DNA of 64,000 nt, from NCBI GenBank assembly GCA_025786725.1, contig JAHLTZ010000015.1:434001-498000 (forward strand), in the 5' to 3' direction. Positions 13,598 through 26,317 of this stretch are shown here, piece by piece. A model generated the notes under the pieces. The model saw only the letters and a list, made by a program, of their open reading frames with translations, was not told the origin of the DNA and made no database searches. Position 1 is the stretch's first letter. Every line of letters starts with the position of its first letter. The position numbers were made by a program, and so were the translations under genes. This DNA is from Syncephalis fuscata S228 (lineage: Eukaryota > Fungi > Zoopagomycota).

Positions 13598-15291
13598 ATG
13601 CACTCGCTATTTCCTTTGTTGCGCCAACACCAACAGCGTTTACCGCGTCTTGCCGCGGAGAGCATTCGTCGACGCTGTTTACAAACGGCCGCTCATCAGC
13701 GTCCCCTGTTGGCAAGTACATAATAAAATATGTTTAATGCCTATAGTTCAAATAATAACAGTAGTAACATAAGTACTAATACCAATACTTGTAATAGGCT
13801 GCCAACTTGGAGCGTCACTTAACCGACAAGCCACGTCCGCTTAAGCCCAATGATCAATTGGTCTTTGGCCATACCTTCTCGGACCATATGTTTATGGCCG
13901 AATGGTCGGCCAATAAAGGATGGGATAATCCGTTGATTAAACCATATGGCAAGATTGCTCTTGAACCAAGTGCTGTTGTATTCCACTATGCTTTTGAGGT
14001 AGATGTGATTGATTTTATTTAGATGTTTGATCTAATCAGTTAATAGTGTTTTGAAGGACTTAAAGCCTACAAAGATGCCAGTGGCCATATACGTCTATTC
14101 AGACCCGATATGAATATGGATCGGCTATTGCGATCCACCTTGCGACTTACCTTACCAGTAAGCAGCATCTATTAGCTGATAACCGTATTGATGATTAATA
14201 ACAACGCTATCATGATTATAGGCATTTGATACTAAGGAAGTGTTAGAATGTCTTAAAGAACTACTAAAAGTTGAAAAGCGATGGATTCCCACCGGAAAAG
14301 GCTACTCTTTGTATATTCGTCCAACGATGATTGGTACTCAGGAGTCATTGGGCGTGGGTCCAAGTAATCGAGCTATGCTGTTCATCATCTGTTCACCTGT
14401 CGGTCCTTATTATCGTACTGGTTTCAATGCCGTCAGCCTAAGTGCTAGAACCGATGCAGTGCGTGCTTGGCCAGGTGGCACAGGCAATCATAAGCTTGGT
14501 CTGTACGTCAATTGATAATCAATAATATGTCATTATTATTATTAACTAATATACATTACTAGTAATTACTCGCCATGTATTAAGCCTCAATTGGAAGCGG
14601 CCAAGGAAGGATACCAGCAGAATCTATGGTTATTCGGCCCAGATCATCATATTACCGAGGTTGGCACCATGAATTGCTTTACGTTTTTGAAAAACGACGA
14701 TGGAGGTAAATACCGTTAATACCAATAATACCAATACAAACACTGTTTAATGATACCTTTATTAGAAATCGAGCTAGTAACGCCTCCACTGGATGGCACC
14801 ATTCTACCCGGTGTCACCCGTGATAGTATTCTGTCACTGGCCCGTGAATGGAATGAGTTTAAAGTGTCGGAGCGTCCAATTACCATGAAAGAAGTGTTGC
14901 GTGCATCAAAGGAAGGACGGGTGAGTATTCATCGGGATTTATAGCTGTATTCTAATGAACTGACAACAATTTCTATAGTTAATTGAAATGTTTGGTGCAG
15001 GTACTGCCTGTATTGTATCGCCCATTAAGCTTATTAACTATCTTAATCACGTAAGTTATACAGTTACAAATGTTGAATTATTTGCTAATAGCGAATGGTT
15101 GATAATAGGATATTAATGTGCCATTAAACCCAAAGGACCCTAGCAGTCAAGCTGGTCCATTGACTAAACGTTTTAACGACACTTTATTGGGAATTCAGGT
15201 AAATTATTTGTAATATTTATTATTAAGTAATAATTAACGATATGGATAGTATGGTGAAATTGAACATCCTTGGTCGGTGGTGGTCGATTAA
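13598..15291 (+). CDS. BAT1: Branched-chain amino acid aminotransferase with mitochondrial presequence
   Basis: [74 protein letters not shown]; Arg-rich N-terminus; canonical introns. Confidence 0.93.
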
Positions 15292-15340
15292 TCATTTTAA
15301 TAAATCTAATGAATCTCCTTTACTACTACACATCAAATGT

Positions 15341-17595
15341 TTAATTGACAAGTAGTTTTATGGCACTGAATGCCACAGGAGGCAAGAGTAAATTGTCATT
15401 TTGTTCAGATACACATTCTAGTATGCCTATAATAATTGAATAAACATATAGTCACTTGACATTGTGTCCACTTACCGGAAAGAATGGCTACAGCCAGCAT
15501 TGACCACCACTATTAACGTGTCAATTAGTGCAATAGATATACATATATCCTCCTAGCTTACTTGATCATTTGTTAATGATAGCTGTAATAGCCATGGGCT
15601 GATCCACACGCCAATAATACACGCCAGCGTGCCTTCAATTGTTTTATTTGTACCGGGCCAACGATAACGGCCAAATCGAATACCAACTGTTGAAGCCTAA
15701 ATAGTTATAGGGCCACAGTTAGTAGAAAGATAGGTATATTAATAAATAAACAAATCTTGCCAATGCATCCCCAATGCCTAGTGTGCTTAGGCCAGCCATA
15801 AGTGCCAATGGACTGCCACTAATTGATTATAAACTTATTAGATCAGTTATTATGAACAACAAACTGCTATAACTTACAGATGGAACCAAACGGGAATGGC
15901 ACAGCCAAGTAACAGATAAACGTGAGCCAGTATGACAGGCCCTTTGTCGCGATGATCGAGAAATCGAATTAAAAAGTCGTTCATAGCTGTTCCAATTGGA
16001 GGAATGTGTAGACAACGTATATATTCGGTAAGAAAGAATACACATATAGCCACCGAGAAGGCTAGATGCATAAATTCCGGCTATTATCACGTCAGTTATG
16101 TAGTTTGTCGACTCTAGATACTGTTATACAATAAAGCACTTACCTGATACTGTATACCTGGTGCAAACATAAGAATGGCCAGTAAATGAAAGAATTTACG
16201 TCTTAAATAAAGTTCTGATTTTGTACGTGTCACAGCCGTGTTAGAAGACTTTGCATCAAGATAGCTAAATAATAATATGGCTAATACAATACAGATCGAC
16301 CAAAAAACACATAGCGCAAGTCGCTGCCAATCAGATAGTAGAAACTGTATGACCCTAAATTATAGTAGAAATAGATAGTAAATATGCAATAATCATATTA
16401 TCTAATAGTCTGAGCACTTACCAGATTACAGGGTGTTGGCCAATTTGTCGCTCTATCCATGGCATAATCATTTGCCAGGCAAATAATATCGATCCTATGT
16501 AGTAGAGAGCGAGTCGTGTTGTAGACCAGCTACGTGCAGTTATAGGCTGTGTACGCGATGGAATGATCGGTAAAAGTAGAACACCATACAACACCATGCC
16601 GACTATTGCTGCCTCGAGGAATATTAGAATGGCCGGCCGATTAATATAAATTTCATTACTAGTCTATAACAAAGCATGCTATTAAAACTATGTATCCGTA
16701 TTACTGATTAAATATAGCCTACACTAGCCAATACAACATCCATCATTAAAAGCACAACTGACTGTGCCATAGTGCTTAATTCTCCTGGAGTAAAGCTGCT
16801 TGATACAAATTTACTGGAAATAAATAAGCCTACTGGATAAACTACCAACGTGCTAAATATCCACCAATTAGGCATCACTAGTCATGTTTAACATTGGCAT
16901 TAATAACAGTTTAAATACTTACAATAAGTATAAGGTAACAATTGCTGTGTTGGTATTAATATGAATAGTGATATGGCTGGTAATGCTATATAGGCTAGAG
17001 CGTATTGTATTGAGAACATGGCCATCATGTAAAAAAGAAAAATAATACTATAAGTACTACTTATTTCAATAAGAGCCATTAGATAATCTAGCCATTTTAA
17101 TTAATATTATAATTCAATATATACATATATATTAATTAATAAATCTAATTAATTTAATTTACCTTGTAATTGGTCTTTTCTAGTTGTAGAAAAAACTACT
17201 GTACTTCCAGCGAGTACTGACAAGGATAATGGCACCACTAGAGCCCCTAATGCTAGACCAGCATCCCGTGCTTTACGATAACTATAAATTAATCGGTTAT
17301 TATTAGTGTTATTATCAATATACTATACTCTATATCTACTTTGATTGCCATATTTTGTTTCTAGTAGCCAATAAACTTGATATTACAACAGTTAAACCAG
17401 TAAGCACTTTAGGAACTAGGTGCAATATTATGAATCAATATAATTGCTGTAAACTACTAGTAAGACTCGGTTACCGTAAAACCAATTAGCTACACTAGCC
17501 AGTCCTAAATTATCCAGTCTAACCAATGAAGCCCATAATATGCTTGATATAAGTAGCGTCTCGGTTAGAACAAGATATAGTATATAGTGTTGCAT
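15341..17595 (-). CDS. SEC59: Dolichol kinase (CTP-dependent), multi-exon
   Basis: RRKFFHLLA, FLDHRDKGPVILAHVYLLLGCAIP, GIGDALASTVG...WPGTNKTIEG, EQNDNLLLP. Confidence 0.9.
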
Positions 17596-17668
17596 TATAG
17601 AGTCGATATGAATGAATTTGTAAATAAAAAGGAATAAGCTTTTATTTATCTTTTCACTCTTTATTTCT

Positions 17669-17700
17669 CTAGTTAGTTAGTTAGTTAGTTAGTTAGCTAG
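17669..17700. repeat. (TAGT)n microsatellite in the divergent SEC59/CSM3 intergenic region
   Basis: ctagttagttagttagttagttagttagctag. Confidence 0.8.
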
Positions 17701-17728
17701 TCTATACGCTTTACATTCTATTTCAGCT

Positions 17729-18713
17729 ATGGAGGAAGGCTATGAACCATTGGACGCTTATGATGTGCCAATATTAAGCACTGAAAATGAAGAGAATTTA
17801 GCCCAATCTACAACGCAAATTACAGAAGAACCAGATAAACCGCGTGTTATACGACGACCTATGGCCAAATTGGACGCAGATCGGTAAGTTCGCGTTTTAT
17901 TTATCTATAACCGATTATATAAATGTAGTTTTATTAAATAATGGTCTATAGATTACTAAGCGACAAAGGATTACCATGGATTAAAGTGAATTCACGACGC
18001 GTCAAACTTGCCGGTAAAGGACATCATGTAAGTAATAAATGACGTGTATTAAATCCATCTATTTATTCATCAGTCTATTTATTAATACATTTGATAGACT
18101 GAAGATCTTAAAAAGATTTTACGCTTTTATGAAATGTGGGCCCATAAACTTTATCCAAGATATGGATTCCGTGAATTTGTTATGAGAGCAGAGAAAGTAT
18201 GCCATCATAAAAGAATGCAGGTATGTAATATAGACTATTAGCAATAATTGTACTAATTCATTTATAATAGATGCATTTAAGAACTTGGCAAGCAGAAATG
18301 CGCAGTGTTTCTGTTGATCAATCTACTGAACAGTTAGAAGAAGAGATATGTGATATGGAACCTATAAATGATGAAATAGAAGAAACATCAACAGATACAC
18401 TACCAACAACAACAACAACAGAAATAGTTAATACTAGTAACAATATAAATGATAACCACCTTGTAACGAATGACGTATCTGATAATGATGAAGAATTACC
18501 AATGGTTAAGAAACGCGTCAACAACAAAAATGGATATTATTTGATGATGAAGAAGATCAAGAAGATCAATCAATTAATTTAAATAGTCATTCTCTACCAG
18601 AACAGATTACTATTGAATCTAATCATAACAATAATATTAACAATATTGATAACGATGACAATGATGATGATGACAATGATGATGTGATGTCAGATGCATC
18701 AATTGAACTTTAA
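17729..18713 (+). CDS. CSM3: Replication-fork protection component Csm3/Swi3/TIPIN
   Basis: RRPMAKLDADRLLSDKGLP, GKGH..DLKKILRFYEMWAHKLYP..FREFVMRAEKVC; acidic tail with an apparent 1-nt frameshift near 18516. Confidence 0.85.
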
Positions 18714-18821
18714 TTACTATTCATTTGTATTTGTTTCTTTAATTTATAAACGTTTTATTACAGCTAAAAATACGAGTTGATTTGTTGTTAATTTTCTTTA
18801 TAGTTATTGTAGATCTTATAC

Positions 18822-18822
<1 letters not shown>

Positions 18823-18852
<30 letters not shown>
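18823..18852. repeat. (ATCT)n microsatellite
   Basis: ctatctatctatctatctatctatctatct. Confidence 0.8.
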
Positions 18853-18853
<1 letters not shown>

Positions 18854-18887
18854 GTCATTCATTCATCTATCTATTCATGTTCTTTTC

Positions 18888-21375
18888 TCATGTTGAATTT
18901 CCATCTGTTATATCAGTACCGGTATTTGAATTGGTCATTAAAGAACTATCTTCAACTGGTTTGTTGTTCAATAGACTAAATAATTGATCTTGATCAGCTG
19001 TTCCCAATTCTTGTAAGAATTGACTCAAATCAACATCATCATCATAGTTGAGTGTTGTATTAAGATCAGTATTGTCGTTCATATGATTATGATCGTTATT
19101 ACTATGATTTGAAGTATTGGCCGCGTTAATAATAGTATTTAGTAGTGGTGATGAATCTGTTGAGTATCATTCGTATTGATATTGTTATTATTCGTGGCAA
19201 TAGGTCTTCCAGTCATTGGATCTAGTCCTAATTGCTCTACTAGTGCTAGAATACTATCATCTAAACGATTCAAGTCGACATTAATATTTTGGGTACGGTG
19301 TGTATTCTCTACCAATTGTGGTGAAAAGTCTTCTTTAGTATAACGATTCATATTAGGCGTGAGTGCATTAGCTGCTGTCGTTAGTGCTTGATTCATAGCA
19401 GTTGGATCAACACCTGTGCTAGCGGTATTTGGTATACCTGACAATAGCTCAAGTAAAGGTGAATTATCCGTAGAATGTGGTAGAATATTGGCCGTACTAT
19501 GATTAGCAGCCAATGAGGCCAGTAATGGACTTGTATCTCCTAACATAGATGCTTGATCGGGACTTGTTTGCGTACTATTTATACTGTTGTCCATAATAGT
19601 AGATGTAGGTGTAGGTATAGTAGAGATCTTTGTTGCTTCTGCGCTTGTTACTGGTGTAGACTGTAGCAGTGTTTGATTTAACGTATCTTGTGCTGTTGGT
19701 AATGTTGTAGCCATATTGGCTAATAGCCATTGATTTAGCAACTTTAATTGACTATCTGTAAGTTGAGAAGAAAATAGACCATTATTAGTAATGGCATTAT
19801 TAGGATTTGAATAGTCTGAAAGACATATTCATCGTCAGTTACTAATATCTTCTACTACAAATATTAGATAAATTAATGGTTACTTACCATTTGTTGTAAG
19901 TGGCAATGCAGGATCGTCCAAAGTAGTAGTGGCTGGTTGATTCATGGGTAGTGAATTCTGGCCTAGAAATAAATCGGTATTGTTGATGTTATCAATGCCA
20001 TTCATTATAGATTCAGATGGTTGTACCGATGACATTCGACGTAAAGAAGCACCTCGATTCATAGCAGGTCGATTACGTCGTTGTCGAGTGAATTCATCAA
20101 GAATGGCCGATGCTTCAGCACCAGGCTCTTGAAGTCCATCAAATGTATCAAAATCGGTCTCATCATCAGAATATTGTGTATTACGATCACCTAATAGTAG
20201 CTGTCGACGACTGCCACCTCTAGGATAAATACCACGACGACGCTTTTCTGATGTAAATACTGATGCCAAGAATCGTAGAATGTTATCAATGGTGTCTTGT
20301 TGACGTTCGTGACGATCACGGGCTGCAATAGCTTCACTCCAAAGCTGGCGGTTCTCATACTGAATCTCTCGTAGATCTTCGCTAATGGCTATTTGGTGCT
20401 TTTTAACCGCGGTTAATTCTTGCAATAGCTGGTGTATATCAATACCACGATTACTAATCGTGTTACTTGATGTATTAACACTTCCTCCTCCTTCAACTTC
20501 TATCCCGGCATCGCCATTAGAAGCGGCTTGCATTTCTGATAATGTTCGACCACGCTTTCTTTGTACAAGATATAATAAATCTGGCTGATCTCGACGGAAA
20601 TTTGAATTAGTAAATTCCCATTGCTCTGCATCTTCTGAATCGGCGGCCAGAACACCCTGCTGTATATGTGGCACCTTATGGAAGCCATACATATTAAGTT
20701 GTCGAACAAACGACGAAAAGTTGCCATGTTTAAAAAATCGCGGTAAAACTTCACGGGCAAAGTCTTCATGTCGCGTAACAATAAACGATGCGCCAGTATC
20801 GGACCAATGTATCAAATGGTTTGAAGATACGTCGTTGACCATGCTAATAGTTATAAATATATAATTAGTCGTTAGTATTGTTTAATGCACATTTTAGGCA
20901 TAACATGGTGGTTATAAATATGATTCATGATGATGATATGTAATAATAATTCCACTTACCCATAAAGCTTATTAAGGAAATTGGGAACGTTTTTTACTGT
21001 GGGCGGTGGTGGCCGTACACTCGCACTAGGTGCAATAGCCGGTATTGTACGTCGACGTAGTGCCGCCAGTGGCTCTAGTAGAGAAGCCGGTAATGTAGCA
21101 GCAGTAACTGACGATCCCGCTACACCACCTAATGAATTGGCGTTTGTAGTGGATGGTGACACTAGGTGCTGATCAATACGGCCAGTGCTATTGCTGCCGC
21201 CAGTGATAGCTGTGTTATGGTCACTGGCTGCACCACTAGTACGTAGTCCTGCTACTGATGTATTGGGAGCAATGTTCTTTGGCAAAACATTACGCCGCTT
21301 TGTACTTATACCGGCCGACGATATAGTCGACGGAGCGGGACGCTTTGTACCAGGAGAAATATCTCGGCGACTCAT
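18888..21375 (-). CDS. HSF1: Heat shock transcription factor
   Basis: VPNFLNKLY|MVND...LIHWSDTGASFIV...FAREVLPRFFKHGNFSSFVRQLNMYGFHKV (HSF DNA-binding domain) plus HR-A/B coiled coil. Introns near 20845-20959 and 19758-19886. Apparent frameshift near 19160 before the last ORF. Confidence 0.92.
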
Positions 21376-21962
21376 GATCAGCCAAGATGTTTAATATCAA
21401 CTATAGATATACACACGCCAAATACCAAGTGTAAATAGTCACTGCTACAGCTTTGTAATATTCGACAAGACTCCTTCACAGTAGCGAGAAAGTAACTATA
21501 ATAGAAAACACTAGTAAAGTCAATGAAAAGTGTGTTAACAAGTATTGAGCTGAACGAACGATAATAAAGAATAAAATTCAAATTCTGTTCTATTATCGTC
21601 ACAATAATTTAACTAACTCTTATTACCATAACTATTATTACTAATGTGAAAATTGTAACACAGTATTTTACATTCAATTAGTAGATTAGCATAACTAGTA
21701 TATATATGTATATATACCATACACAATTACATAGACACAATCACAGACACAATCACATAGACACAATACACCACACATGATATACATAACCAACCATCTA
21801 TACACTTATACTAGTTTTAACTGGCAATTGTTATTGATTAAAATTATGTTATTGGTTACAAATAGCGTATATAAAATTGTAAGTGGTAAATTGTTGTTAA
21901 GAAAAGAAATAGTGCCAAGTATGCCAAATAGTATATAGTTTTGGTGCATGTCCTCTAGCCAC

Positions 21963-24900
21963 TCATAAGCTAGCGGCCATTTCTTCATCAGATTGCTGTG
22001 ACGATTCCGTATCGGTCGTATCTTCCATTTGGCTTGTCTCCAATGGCTGCTCTAACGCTAAACTGATTGGTGTATCAATAGCAGCAATAGATCGTAATGT
22101 TTCACCATTGCCATCATTAGTATTGTTGTGATGACCACTGGATAGTCCATTTGTTGGTTTTCTGCCTCGAGGTGCTCCAACCTTTGTATAGCCTGGTTTA
22201 CGACCTCGTTTGGCCACATTAATAGTGGGTATTGACACAACTGGTTGTAGGCCTGCTCGTTCCGTGGTTGCTACCGAATAATTAGGACCTGATTGACTTG
22301 GTAACAGTGTATTTGATGGCGTGAATGGTGTCTGTGGTGCTACTAGCCATGTACCGCCACGGCATTTGGTACAAAACTTTTTGGCTAACTCAGTTGAACT
22401 TGGTATATACGCACAGGCTGTACACCGAGAATGATGTTCATTATATCGTTCACAGCACCCATCGCATAAAAGCATATTATCAACAACACGTCCAGTGTTA
22501 AGTAGATCAGTTGAACAGCTTTCACAGGAACGTTGACGATTACGTCGTACACCACTTTGTGTATCTATTAAATAAATAATTAACGATTTATATTATATTA
22601 TATTAGTAAATACTTACCTTTTCCATCGTTTAATAAGGCCGAATCAATATTGGTATGCGTCTTTGCTTCACTTGTTGCATTTTCCAAATTATCTTGAGAG
22701 TTATCACGCGATAACTGAGGATCAATTTTAATATCAGTAGTAGCTGTAGAGGGCACCTTTTCATTAGAAGGTAAATCTATTGATGCTTTAGTAGACTCCA
22801 ATGCTTGTTGTACTGTTGAAGATTGTGCTTCATCTGCTGTTGATTCAGCATCAGAATCAGATAAATTTTCTTCACTGCTATCTGATTGTGTATCTGTCGT
22901 TTTATCAGCTGAACTATCTTCATTATCATCATTTGATTTATGATCATCTGACTGTTCTTCATCCGATGTAACTACTACCGGATTGAATAGTACAGGCTTA
23001 TGTTGCAGTTCTAAAGATGGTACAGGTCGATCGGTTGCTTTTGATACCGGACTTGCTTGCGGTGAATTTTGCGAGTGCTGTAAGTGCTGTACTACATTAT
23101 CTGATACACTGGACCCTTCCTCAATTGTTGACAGTGCTGTACTGGGCACTATCGACGTATCAGTACTCATCTTAGCATCGTAATCAGCCGGCGGTGCAAC
23201 TTTAGCCACTAAATCAGTAGAGCCACGTAAACTCTTACTTCGCTGCTTCATACTCGTTACAGCTTTGGGATCCGATAATGCACCGCCCACATCTAACAAC
23301 CAGGTACCACCAACACATCGAGTACAGCGATCATTCTTGAGCTCCATCATAGTGGGTACATATTGACAGGCTGTGCATCTGAAATGATGGTGTTCATATC
23401 GACCGACGCAAGCTTTGCACATTTGAGCCTCGTTATTTTCTAATTCATCCGCGGCCAGTGTTTCCATACAAGATTTGCACGAAGGACGTCCACGTCGAGC
23501 TGATAATCGAGCTGGTCGTTCTATTTTGGCAATAGCCACATCATAAACCTGTGCTTTTCTTCTTCCTCTACCTTGTGATCTACCCCCATTCTTGGCCCGT
23601 GGACGGCCTCGTTTGCGTCTTGATGTGCCTCTTGATTCTAATTGTAATAGTGGATGATTGGAAGTATTTTCAGTATCAGATTTGCCATCAATAGTTGATA
23701 ATTGTGCTTTTTTAGCTGTAGCGTCACTATTTCTTCGATAAGTGGATTTATAATTTGCATTCATGTCCATATCATCTGATTGATTGCTATTTCTACGATA
23801 ACTGATTAATCCAGTATTTAATTCGCCCTCAACAGCTGAATTACGTGCTCTTTTACTATCTGATTCCGGTTGTGCTGAAAGTCGCTTATTTGAGCCATGT
23901 TCTGGTTCCGTAGACTGGTTAGATGATAGACTAGAGCGTCTAACTGGAGATACACTGCTTTTTAACAAAGTGGAATCTTTTACTAAACTGAGTCGTCGTT
24001 TTCGTCGTTTTCTTATCTGTGCGCCTAAAGTCATATCTTCATCCTCCTCTTCTTCATTCATCATTACTTCATGGTCATCGTCGTCATCAACATCTTCACT
24101 ATCTTCTATTATTACTGATTCATCGCTATTATCGTCAATATCTTCGCTCTCCTCCTCCTCCTCCTCTTCTTCTTCTTCGTCGCCATCGTCTTCTTCTTCT
24201 TCTTCTTCTTCTTCTTCTTCTTCTTCTTCTTTTTCACCTTCATCATCTTCATCATCTTCATCTACTGCTAATTTCTTCTTTTCTACTTTAGCTATTCCAT
24301 TATTGTCTAATGCCATTTTTGTTTTGTCTTCAGTATTATTACGTCTTGATCTATCTGAAGTGGCACTCCTTACTCGCTTCATACTGTAAGTAACGGATCC
24401 TTTTAAATCAGTGTTTAAATTGGCTTCTTCCTCTGAATTGATTACTGAAGTTGATGATCTATTTAATTTACGACTACCACGCTTACGAGCATCTAATACA
24501 TTGGTACCTGGATCATTGGGCGCTTGTTCAGATGCTTGTGGCAAAGATGAACTGCGCTTATGTCTAATTACGCGTTGTGGTACAGCTGTCGTAGCAGCTC
24601 TTTCATTGCGAGCAGCCAATGCAGCTGCTGATTGTGTAGCTGAATTACGACGACGTACACGACTTGCACCACGAGCAGTTTGTGGACGACGTCTAGCATC
24701 CAATTCACCTTTAGTATTAACGTGATTCTTTGTTTTAACTTCCTCATCTTCATCTTCCACATTATCCATTTTACTAGACTGTAAATCATCTGCCCAATTG
24801 CCCATAGTACAACGAGGACAACTGACTCGATGATGACGCAATTCTGCCTCAGATGGCACATAACAACATCGTGAACAATGGCGGAAATGACGGCGCCAAC

Positions 24901-26317
24901 GTGAACGACATCGCTCACATAACACGGCATTATCTCCCCACATTTGACCGTCAATACCATTGCCTTTGGTTAGTGATTCAATCTCTAAATATTCACCACA
25001 GGAAAAGCAAACAAGTTTTGGTGTAGACGGCACCGTTTCCATTCGACCAGAATACGATAATCTACCAGGTGATGTCATAAAATCTGTAGGTGGTGGCAGT
25101 GGTGGCGGATAACGTGAAATAACCGGTGATGTCATTACACTTTTAGATGAATATGGATAATTAGAACGAGGTCGAGTAGCAAATCGCTGTGACCTCTCTG
25201 CGCTAGCTGCTGGATCTAATGACCAGCCTGGTGAACGACATCGCGGACAATATGCTAATCGCTCAATATCTTCACGTGATGGAATCCATGAACATGTCGT
25301 ACAACGAACACCGACATCTAGCCATAAATCTTGACAGTTCTGACATAATAATGATGGTTCAAATAGCTCTTGGCTGCTTATCTGTGTACCTAGCATACCG
25401 CAGCAAATGCAGTGTTCAGGCAATGAACAAGTGGCTTTAGATGGTCGTGTAGGCAGCCATGTACTGCTATCTGCTTCAGGTGGTACAGGTGAATTGGAAT
25501 AGTAGCCTTGTTGTCTTTCTTGTACATAACTGCCACTTAATCGTAAATCATTTCTAGTAGGTTCACTTCTTGTTGATGATGGTGGATAATAGTTGGAACT
25601 GTGACGTGAAGAGCTGCCGTTGTTATATGAATAGTGTGCTTGTGAATAAGATCGTGTATATCGTGATGACCAAGATGGATCATGGCTGTGGCTGCCTTCA
25701 CCATTAGGTATTCGTTCAGCTACGTCATTATTCAGTCGTGATACGTCATGGCTTTGCAGTTTAACTGGCACTGGTGGATAATAAGATTGATTATATGTAC
25801 TTTCTGGCGATCGATCATGTATTGCTGTTGTTTCAGCTCTTGGTGTTGCAGAATATGGCGAATAAATGTTTCGTTGTTCTCGCGATAGATTTGGACTCAA
25901 TATAGATTTATTTGGCGTATTTTTGCGCCCACCATCTAAATAGCTGGGATACGATTGTGCTGGAGATGGTTCGACTAATGCTGTCGTTACTGTTTCATTT
26001 TCTCTAACTGGTATGGCAGAAGAGCCTGTATACCGATCAGGTCTATTAGAATTACGTGGAGAAATATTAACATGTTGGTTTTCAAGGCGATTGCCATGAT
26101 CAGCTAGTGGCGCTAAAGTATCATTGAGCGCTGAAGACAATGAGGCTAGTGGCATACTACCATATGACGCCGACGCTATTTCCCTATACTGCTGCTGCTG
26201 AGAAGAAGTAGAAGGAGTATATTGATTATGGTTCATTGAAACATCTGAAGCATTATATGCGCGTTGATCAATATCCATTCGTTGATCAATATTTGGCGAT
26301 CTTATATTGGCTAACAT
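21963..26317 (-). CDS. Large nuclear protein with four Cys8 (extended GATA/Ash1-like) zinc-binding modules, AT-hook motifs and an acidic tract; one intron 22565-22617
   Basis: Four repeats of CxxC-x(16-26)-CxxC-x7-R/H-CxxC-x-Y/W-x-P-x3-E-x(5-7)-CxxC-x2-3-G-x0-1-W; RGRPR, RRGRP, KRGRKP and PRGRKP motifs; poly-Glu encoded by (TCT)n on the + strand near 24150-24260. Confidence 0.85.

Noticed and set aside
23970-24389. Poly-Ser and poly-Leu ORFs on the + strand
   Set aside because: Antisense shadows of the poly-Glu/Asp tract of the zinc-finger gene.
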